Source of the DNA: Candidatus Marsarchaeota archaeon
Lineage (GTDB): Archaea > Micrarchaeota > Micrarchaeia > Micrarchaeales > CABMGC01
DNA length: 64,000 nt
NCBI GenBank assembly: GCA_023379055.1
Contig: JAMCSX010000017.1
Location: 35,868 to 99,867 of the forward strand
Direction of reading: 5' to 3'
This document shows, in pieces, positions 57,308 through 64,000 of this stretch. The notes under the pieces are model-generated. The model did no database searches and was not told the origin of the DNA. It worked only from the letters and a program-made list of their open reading frames with translations. Position 1 is the first letter of the stretch, and each line of letters opens with the position of its first letter. The translations under genes and the position numbers were made by a program.

Positions 57308-59458
57308 ATGCACATAAAAGATCTGATAGGCAAGGTACCGGGGGAGCTCATCGAATCAATAGAGGGCAGGGGCATCTCTGAGCTTACGCCACCGCAGTCC
57401 ATGTCCGTCGAATATGGACTTACAAGCGGCAATAATTTTGTAGTTGCCGCGCCAACAGCAAGCGGTAAGACACTGATAGCAGAGATTGCTGCGATTAATT
57501 CGATAATCAGCAACAGAAAGAAGGCAGTGTACATAGCTCCGATGCGTGCGCTTGTCAGGGAGAAATATACAGAATTCAGAAATGCGTATCCTTATCTTAA
57601 GATAGCAATGTCAGTAGGCGACCTTGATTCCCTTGACAGATGGCTTGAAAACTACGACATGGTATTCGCGTCCACTGAAAAATTCGACAGCCTGATACGT
57701 CATGGGTTGGGATGGCTTGAGGACATTGGCTGCATCGTGATCGATGAAGTACACATGCTTGATGATGAGAGCAGGGGACCTACACTTGAGGTGCTTATCT
57801 CGAAACTTAGGCGGCTATGCGGGAACGCCCAGGTCATAGCTCTCAGCGCGACAATAGGAAACTCCAGGGAAATTGCAGGGTGGATGAATGCAAAATTGAT
57901 AGAGAGCGATTACAGGCCGGTGCTCCTTGAGCGTGGGATAGAGATAAACGGAAAGGCAGTATATGATACTGGACGTGAGGAGCAACTGGACAGCAAGAGT
58001 AAGATACCTGAGATTAGGATAACAGAAGATACGCTGAGAAGATCTAAGCAGGTGCTTGCATTCTACAGCACTAAAAGGAATGCAGAAGCAGGATCAGAGC
58101 GTCTTGGCGACATTGTGGCAAGATATCTCAGCGCCGAAGACAAAAAACGCCTTGAATTATTGAGCAATGAGATTCTTGGCGTACTTGGAAAACCGACGTT
58201 ACAATGCGAAAGGCTGTCAAAGGCAGTGCTTTCGGGCACGGCATTCCACCACAGCGGGCTTGTCAATACGCAGAGGGAGCTTGTGGAGGATGCGTTCAAG
58301 GAAGGGTTACTGAAGGCAATATGCTCGACAACAACATTGGGATACGGGATAAACATGCCTGCGCATACGGTATTGATACGCGACGTCGTCAGGTATGGAG
58401 AACATAGCGGAAGAGAGTATATAGGAATAAACGAGGTAACCCAGCTATGCGGCAGGGCAGGCAGGCCCGAATATGATAAGGTGGGCAGGGCATTCATGAT
58501 TGCAAGATCGGAGTCGGAGGCACACGACCTCTACAACAGATACATACTATCAGATCTTGACCCCATAACATCGAAACTGGGCATGCTACCAGTAATGCGT
58601 ACGCATATACTCGCCTTTGTCGCCACAAAATTCCTGACAAGTGAGGAATCAATACTTGACTTCATGAACAGTACATTCTATGGCCATCAATATGCGGATT
58701 CGAAGGAGCTCAAGTCCATAATAGGCAGGGTGCTTGCAGAACTATCCGAATGGGGATTCCTTGAGGGGAGGGGCAGCGCCTATAATGCGACAAGGATGGG
58801 CCACAGGATAAGCGAGCTTTATATAGATCCGCTCTCGGCAAAGTGGATGGTCGACTCGATACCAAGGATGACTGATGATATATCAGTACTCTTCATGATA
58901 TCCAATACACTTGAGATGAGGCCTTATGCAAAGGCCACGGAGGAAGCCGAGGAAAGGTACATGCAATACAATTCCATGGTGGACAATAGCATAGCCAGAT
59001 ATGACGGGGGGGAATACCTGTACTATGATCCAGTAAGGCCCTTCAGCACTGCGTTGATGCTTAATGATTGGATAGATGAAAAGGGGGAGCGCGACATAAT
59101 AAGCAGGTATAGGACTACTCCGGGGGCCCTGTTCGTAAAGATAACAAATGCAGACTGGCTTCTTTATGCAGGGTCAGAGATAGCGAAGATCATGAGAACA
59201 GATAGCATCAAGCTTCTTGAAATGAGGATTCGGGTCAAGTATGGAATAAGGAAGGAGCTCATGGATTTGATAAGGCTTGAGCAGGTTGGACGGGTCAGGG
59301 CAAGAATGATGTATGAAAGAGGCATAAAGAGGACAAGCGATATACGCAAGTCTGAATCGCAGGAGGCGATGAAGGTAATGTTCGGCAAGGAGATAGCAGG
59401 CAGAATAATAGCGCAGATAACTGGACCGAACGACATAAAAACAGGCCAAATGAAGTAA
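57308..59458 (+). CDS. hel308: Ski2-like helicase Hel308/Hjm
   Basis: APTASGKT, DEVH, LSAT, FHHSGL, GRAGRP, C-terminal HhH. Confidence 0.92.
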   Translation: MHIKDLIGKVPGELIESIEGRGISELTPPQSMSVEYGLTSGNNFVVAAPTASGKTLIAEIAAINSIISNRKKAVYIAPMRALVREKYTEFRNAYPYLKIAMSVGDLDSLDRWLENYDMVFASTEKFDSLIRHGLGWLEDIGCIVIDEVHMLDDESRGPTLEVLISKLRRLCGNAQVIALSATIGNSREIAGWMNAKLIESDYRPVLLERGIEINGKAVYDTGREEQLDSKSKIPEIRITEDTLRRSKQVLAFYSTKRNAEAGSERLGDIVARYLSAEDKKRLELLSNEILGVLGKPTLQCERLSKAVLSGTAFHHSGLVNTQRELVEDAFKEGLLKAICSTTTLGYGINMPAHTVLIRDVVRYGEHSGREYIGINEVTQLCGRAGRPEYDKVGRAFMIARSESEAHDLYNRYILSDLDPITSKLGMLPVMRTHILAFVATKFLTSEESILDFMNSTFYGHQYADSKELKSIIGRVLAELSEWGFLEGRGSAYNATRMGHRISELYIDPLSAKWMVDSIPRMTDDISVLFMISNTLEMRPYAKATEEAEERYMQYNSMVDNSIARYDGGEYLYYDPVRPFSTALMLNDWIDEKGERDIISRYRTTPGALFVKITNADWLLYAGSEIAKIMRTDSIKLLEMRIRVKYGIRKELMDLIRLEQVGRVRARMMYERGIKRTSDIRKSESQEAMKVMFGKEIAGRIIAQITGPNDIKTGQMK

Positions 59459-59575
59459 ATGCTGCTTTAGAACAGCAATCTGAATACGGCGGCCAACCAT
59501 ACCGATAAAGACCTCTAAAGGAAAGCTATATAAAAATGATTCGCACAACAATATGTAGTCGTTAAAGGCGACTAG

Positions 59576-59950
59576 TTGAGCAAAATGGGAGTTTTTAGCA
59601 AATTGGGCCAGGCATTTGGCGCAAACAAGGAAATAAATATAGAGGAATACATGAACTCCGTTGAGATGGAGAACGTGGACCTGCTGCACGAGCCAGCTGA
59701 CATGTATGTCAAGCCAGTGTCGATAGCGAGCGAGGACGAGGTAAGAGCAATACAGGAGGAGATAGCAAAGAAGAACATAATCCTTCTGGACATAACAGAG
59801 CTTAACAAAAGACCCAATACGGCAAAGAACGTCATAGCTTCGCTGAAGGCTTTCGTTGACAAGCAGGATGGAGACATAGGCCAGATAGATTCATCAAGGA
59901 TATTGATAACGCCTGCACGTGTCAAGATAATAAAGAGAAAGAAGCAGTAG
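59576..59950 (+). CDS. sepF: Cell division protein SepF
   Basis: NIILLDI, DGDIGQI, ILITP..VKI; TTG start. Confidence 0.85.
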   Translation: MSKMGVFSKLGQAFGANKEINIEEYMNSVEMENVDLLHEPADMYVKPVSIASEDEVRAIQEEIAKKNIILLDITELNKRPNTAKNVIASLKAFVDKQDGDIGQIDSSRILITPARVKIIKRKKQ

Positions 59951-59955
59951 CCAGG

Positions 59956-60636
59956 CTACTTGAATGCAGTTATAAGGGCATGGATCTCCTGAAGATTAGG
60001 TTGTGATAGGCTTACAAGCCTCCTGAATACGTTCTTTACGGCCTTCCTGTCCCTTATCCTTTTCTTCCCTATCATTATTGCAAAGGATTTCATAAGATAG
60101 TTCAGCGCTTCTTTTCTGCGCGGATCGGCGCCCCCTTTGTATACTGACGCGAAACCTTTTGCCGTAAGAAGATACAGGATTATCCCGAGCGCATGCGATA
60201 TGTTCAATACTGGATAGTCCTGGTCGGTGCCTATATAGGCAATCATGTCGCACTTTTCAATTTCATCCCTCTTCAACCCGATGTCGTCTCTTCCGATGAG
60301 TATTCCTATCGTCTTTCCCGATCCGATCCTCTCAAGCCTTTTTACGGCGTCGTCAATCAGGTATATCCTTTTAAAGTTTATTCCAGATTTGCTTCTCAGC
60401 CCGGTTGTGCCAACCACAATGTCGCAGTCGGCTGTTGCAGAGCCTAGTGTCGCGTATATTTGCGCATCCTTCAGCAGGTCTGCAGCATGCTTTGAAAACA
60501 TTATTGCTCTTTTGCCGATTATTGTGCGCGGCCTGACAAGAAACAGCCTCCTTATCCCAAAGTTTCTTGATACCCTTGCAATGTAACCGAGGTTTATCTG
60601 GTATCTCGGCTCAACTATTATTATCTTGAATCTCAA
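59956..60636 (-). CDS. trmJ: TrmJ/SpoU family SPOUT tRNA methyltransferase
   Basis: VEP..INLGYIARV, GRDDIGL, YPVLNISHA. Confidence 0.85.
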   Translation of the reverse strand: MRFKIIIVEPRYQINLGYIARVSRNFGIRRLFLVRPRTIIGKRAIMFSKHAADLLKDAQIYATLGSATADCDIVVGTTGLRSKSGINFKRIYLIDDAVKRLERIGSGKTIGILIGRDDIGLKRDEIEKCDMIAYIGTDQDYPVLNISHALGIILYLLTAKGFASVYKGGADPRRKEALNYLMKSFAIMIGKKRIRDRKAVKNVFRRLVSLSQPNLQEIHALITAFK

Positions 60637-60644
60637 ATCTGCAC

Positions 60645-61325
60645 CTAACCGAACATCGCAATTACGCCGAGCATGTTGACAAGCATATGCGCTGCAATCC
60701 CCGGATATATGGATTTTGTCTTTTTGAATACGTACCCGGCTATCACTGCAAATATGAATGCGAATATTACCTCTACGCCGAAGGTTGACATGTATGAATA
60801 GTGGGCCAGGCCGAACAGAATTGCGCTTGGGAGTATGCCCAGTCTGGGCACCATGAAGCCCCTAAACAGGGTTTCCTCGTTTATTGGAGCTATTACGGCT
60901 ATGAATATATAAAACCAGACGGGCGCTCCGGAAAATACGTTTGACACATTGGTATGTATCTGTATGTTAGTTGTGTAGCCTGCAACGTTTACCAGGATTT
61001 CTAGCGTCAATATTGCAATGAATATCAATATGCCTATCCCGATGTTTCTCAACATGCCCTTTCTTCCGTAGCCAAGACTGGTAAGTATCTTCTTTGATGA
61101 CATTCTCTTATAAGCCGAGAGATATGCTATCACGGTAATTGGAAATGAGAGTGATGTCCCTGCATATGACATGAAGATAAGGCTAGTATGCCCGATGTAC
61201 CCGGCATCGTACGCCAGACCAAGCACAGCAGAGAATACAAGCTGGATCATTACAAATATCAGGATGAATACGAGCAACGACCTGATATCCGCAGATATGC
61301 CCTGCTTCTTCCCTGGCTTGGGCAT
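60645..61325 (-). CDS. CPBP (CAAX protease/Abi) family intramembrane protease
   Basis: PINEETLFRG, FGLAH, AHMLVN. Confidence 0.88.
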   Translation of the reverse strand: MPKPGKKQGISADIRSLLVFILIFVMIQLVFSAVLGLAYDAGYIGHTSLIFMSYAGTSLSFPITVIAYLSAYKRMSSKKILTSLGYGRKGMLRNIGIGILIFIAILTLEILVNVAGYTTNIQIHTNVSNVFSGAPVWFYIFIAVIAPINEETLFRGFMVPRLGILPSAILFGLAHYSYMSTFGVEVIFAFIFAVIAGYVFKKTKSIYPGIAAHMLVNMLGVIAMFG

Positions 61326-61475
61326 TCACTTACCTTTCTGTGCCTTCCATTCGGTGTACGAGCATCTTCCACACGCATACCTATCTGCATGGCTTGCCAT
61401 CCTTGCGCCGCATTTTGTGCAGAATTTCTCTACAGGAGTGTACTTCTTTACAGGTTTCTTCTTATCGTCTGCCAT
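61326..61475 (-). CDS. rps27ae: 30S ribosomal protein S27ae (eS31)
   Basis: 49 aa, below the track cutoff: KFCTKCGARMASHADRYACGRCSYTE; follows rps24e. Confidence 0.93.
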   Translation of the reverse strand: MADDKKKPVKKYTPVEKFCTKCGARMASHADRYACGRCSYTEWKAQKGK

Positions 61476-61483
61476 TTATACAC

Positions 61484-61786
61484 CTACGTTGCTGTTGCAG
61501 TGGCTTTGGGGGCTTGCTTTTCGCCCTTCTTTCCCCTTTTCTTGGCAAGCCTTTCCATTACCTCCTTGCTTGAGTAAGAGTATGCAGTTATACTGCTCAG
61601 CCTTAGGCCGTATTGCTGACTTATAATGCGAATCTCAACAAGGTCGGGATTCAGGCTTAGCTTCTTGCAAAGCTCCTCCTTCACCTCGTCCTTCCTTGGA
61701 GTTGTATCAGCATATGTTGCAGTTGCACTGATCTCGCGCCTTCCCAAAAATCTGTTTTCGTAGTCGTTTGTTATCTTAAGGTCCAT
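61484..61786 (-). CDS. rps24e: 30S ribosomal protein S24e
   Basis: ENRFLGRREI, TPRKDEV, YG....AYSY. Confidence 0.9.
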   Translation of the reverse strand: MDLKITNDYENRFLGRREISATATYADTTPRKDEVKEELCKKLSLNPDLVEIRIISQQYGLRLSSITAYSYSSKEVMERLAKKRGKKGEKQAPKATATAT

Positions 61787-61787
61787 A

Positions 61788-62195
61788 TTAGCTACCTCCG
61801 CTCATCACTCTGGATATTGCCTTCTTGCCCATGCTCTCCATTACCTCAACCTCCACGCCCTGCCTGAGTAAAGACCTGAATTCTTCAGGGACTGAAACAT
61901 CATATGTCTCATAAGTATCAAGATCCATCAGCTGTGCTAGATTCTCTGTTACTGACACTACCTGGGCCTTCTTCTTGTTTATTATTGGCACTTCTATGTC
62001 AGCTGAACTTGGTTTTAGAAGCGTCCTCTTCTGTCCGTCAAAGATCCCAACTGCAGTCACCCTCATCTTTGCTGCACCGTGTTTTCCTGGAGACGATACG
62101 TCAAGCTCAACAACCCTGCACGGAACGCCGTCTATCAGTATGAAACGGCCAGGCTTTATGTCTTTCATTGAAGCATACATTATGTCTTCAGGCAC
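61788..62195 (-). CDS. eif5a: Translation factor aIF5A
   Basis: SSPGKHGAAK hypusine motif, QLMDLDTYET. Confidence 0.95.
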   Translation of the reverse strand: MPEDIMYASMKDIKPGRFILIDGVPCRVVELDVSSPGKHGAAKMRVTAVGIFDGQKRTLLKPSSADIEVPIINKKKAQVVSVTENLAQLMDLDTYETYDVSVPEEFRSLLRQGVEVEVMESMGKKAISRVMSGGS

Positions 62196-62341
62196 AAGAT
62201 CACGCTAAGTAGATGCAGATTGAGGTTTATAAAACTTTCAATGAAGATGTTTTACAGAGAGAAGCCATACTGACATCCTTCCGCAGCCAAAGCATATGGT
62301 ATTTCCCGCTCACGTTGTTAAAAATAGCTGAAAAATAAAAG

Positions 62342-62359
62342 TAGGGGCTTTCGCCCCTA
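62342..62359 (-). terminator. Hairpin plus T-run after ftsZ
   Basis: Minus strand TAGGGGC-GAAA-GCCCCTA followed by CTTTTATTTTT. Confidence 0.6.
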
Positions 62360-62365
62360 TAAGAA

Positions 62366-63385
62366 TCAGTACAGTTTTCCTATGCTCTCTATGTTGAGTG
62401 CAGCAACCTTCTCTGCGTCCATGCGCCTCTCACCGAACTTGGCCTTGACACCGGTAACTACTGACATGACCCTTATCTCGTCATTTAGCTCTGGCATCAT
62501 CCTTGCGCCGAAGATAACATTTGCGTTGTCTGCCACGCCCTCGGTCACTCCCGACCCTATCTCGGTTGCCTCGCTTATTGTAAGGTTTGTGCCTCCAGTT
62601 ACCTGTATAAGGCCACCTTTTGCGCCTTCGTAATCTACAGAAAGCAGTGGATGCGTCCTCGTAGATTCTATGGCCTGCCTTACCCTATCGGTCCCTCTGC
62701 CATACCCTATGCTTATTACAGCAGTGCCGGTATCTCTCACAACAGTCTTAAGATCTGCAAAGTCGAGATTTATAAGGCTTGGGAGGGATATTGTGTCCGA
62801 AATGCCCTTTACAGCGTTTCCTGTGACATTATCTACAACCTCGAATGCGCGCTCTATTGGAAGGTTAGGCACATATGATAGAAGCTTATCGTTCTCTATC
62901 ACAATTGTGCAGTCCGCCTCACGGTTAAGCTGCTCAAGACCCCAGTCAGCCTTCAGCCTCCTTGATCTCTCAAGAGAGAAAGGATATGTCACTGTTGCAA
63001 TTACAGTTGCACCGGACTCCCTTGCTACTTTTGCGACTATTGGCGCAGCGCCAGTGCCTGTTCCGCCACCCATCCCCGCAGCTACGAATATGAGATTGTA
63101 TCCATTCAATGCTTCCTCAAGTTCGCCTCTGCTGACATCCGCGCACTTTGCAGCTACCTCCGGGAATCCGCCTGCCCCAAGACCATTTGTAATGCTTTTG
63201 CCTATCAGCAGCTTCTTCGTAGCCTTTATCATGTTCAGGTGTCCAATATCTGTATTCACAGCTATTGTGTCTGCACTCCTTATGCCGTAGCTGAACAACC
63301 TGTTTACAAGGTTGCTTCCCTGTCCTCCCACCCCTACCACCGCTACGCGTGGTGTGAATAGGTCATAGTCAAACTGATCTGACAT
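62366..63385 (-). CDS. ftsZ: Cell division protein FtsZ (downstream copy)
   Basis: GVGGQG.N, GMGGGTGTGA tubulin signature, INLDFAD T7 loop. Confidence 0.95.
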   Translation of the reverse strand: MSDQFDYDLFTPRVAVVGVGGQGSNLVNRLFSYGIRSADTIAVNTDIGHLNMIKATKKLLIGKSITNGLGAGGFPEVAAKCADVSRGELEEALNGYNLIFVAAGMGGGTGTGAAPIVAKVARESGATVIATVTYPFSLERSRRLKADWGLEQLNREADCTIVIENDKLLSYVPNLPIERAFEVVDNVTGNAVKGISDTISLPSLINLDFADLKTVVRDTGTAVISIGYGRGTDRVRQAIESTRTHPLLSVDYEGAKGGLIQVTGGTNLTISEATEIGSGVTEGVADNANVIFGARMMPELNDEIRVMSVVTGVKAKFGERRMDAEKVAALNIESIGKLY

Positions 63386-63410
63386 TTGTGGTCACCAATA
63401 TAAAGGTGGC

Positions 63411-64000
63411 TTAGATTGTCTCTAAGCCGCCGTACTTGGCCTGCTGTGGCTCATCCACAAACTTGCCAACTATGCTGGAGCCCTTCACGCCGGTTACTAT
63501 TGCCACTATCTCTAACTGGCCCTCGTATCCAGGTATGATTCTAGCTCCCCACTTGACGTTTGCCTTTGGATCCATTCTCTCAGTGATTATCTCTCCTGCC
63601 TTTATTGCGTCTCCAAGGCTTAGGTCTGATGCTCCAGATATGTGAATCAGCGCTCCCTTTGCATTCTCAAAGTCCACATCAAGAAGCTTGTTCTTGAGCA
63701 CTGACTCTGCTGCAGAGGTAACCTTGTCGTTTCCTTTTCCAGTCCCAACAGATATGAATCCCACATCTCCGCTGCCCATGATTGCCCTTACATCGGCAAA
63801 GTCGATATTTATCAGGCTTGGCTGGGTTATTGTCCAGACAAGTCCGCCTATCGCCTTTGCAAGTATGTCATCAGCAACTGCAAATGCCTCGTTCATAGGG
63901 AGGTTAGGTACAAGCTTTACAAGCCTGTTGTTGTCCAGGAGGATAACACTGTCGCTGAACTTTCTCAGCCTCTGTATGCCCTCCTCTGCCTTCACCTTCC
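63411..64000 (-). CDS. ftsZ: Cell division protein FtsZ (upstream copy, 5' end outside the window)
   Basis: LDNNRL, PSLINIDFADV, GALIHISG, WGARI, IVTGV. Confidence 0.93.
   Translation of the reverse strand, partial: KVKAEEGIQRLRKFSDSVILLDNNRLVKLVPNLPMNEAFAVADDILAKAIGGLVWTITQPSLINIDFADVRAIMGSGDVGFISVGTGKGNDKVTSAAESVLKNKLLDVDFENAKGALIHISGASDLSLGDAIKAGEIITERMDPKANVKWGARIIPGYEGQLEIVAIVTGVKGSSIVGKFVDEPQQAKYGGLETI

Noticed and set aside
62342..62359. AGGGGC..GCCCCT hairpin as a second copy of the IS200 3' hairpin (21744-21764)
   Set aside because: Similarity is limited to the stem; its position after a stop codon with a T-run fits a terminator.
32..63645. Many short or antisense ORFs in the six-frame track (e.g. 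728-1495, 9560-10102, 24333-24911, 45777-46400, 62670-63290)
   Set aside because: They are shadows of well-supported genes on the other strand or frame and carry no recognisable motifs.
1..64000. CRISPR array, cas genes, rRNA, integrase, reverse transcriptase/DGR
   Set aside because: No regularly spaced repeats or diagnostic motifs seen by eye. The 99-nt repeat has no adenine-specific mismatches, so it is not a DGR TR/VR pair.

Overview
Archaeal chromosomal window. The gene content (archaeal PheRS, RFC-L, Rpo6, S24e/S27ae, aIF5A, Hel308, geranylgeranyl reductase, SepF, two FtsZ) and dense packing suggest a DPANN archaeon, probably Micrarchaeota-like; this assignment is inference only. Most of the window is housekeeping: ribC-ribH-ribK, a sugar-phosphate cluster (pgk, FBP aldolase/phosphatase, gap, tpiA, nagB, rpiB), translation and replication genes, smc, ileS, two tandem M1 aminopeptidases and three intron-less tRNAs. 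Three small AT-rich accessory patches stand out. (1) ~19.8-22.4 kb, after tRNA-Glu: a ClC transporter and an intact IS200-type tnpA. (2) ~30.9-32.7 kb: a methyltransferase, a truncated membrane ORF and unexplained structured DNA. (3) ~53.5-55.2 kb: a decayed element bounded by a duplicated tRNA-Thr 3' end. The most notable unannotated signal is a set of protein-less IS200/IS605-type elements with shared TTAT|...GATGTCAC boundaries: a 197-bp element that appears to keep only the two ends plus a TnpB omegaRNA-like scaffold, and a 60-bp element inserted in frame inside a start codon. Also noted: a 99-nt identical tract between divergent peptidase paralogs and two probable CTG start codons. No CRISPR array, rRNA, integrase or reverse transcriptase was seen. 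All calls come from motif recognition by eye; no searches were run.
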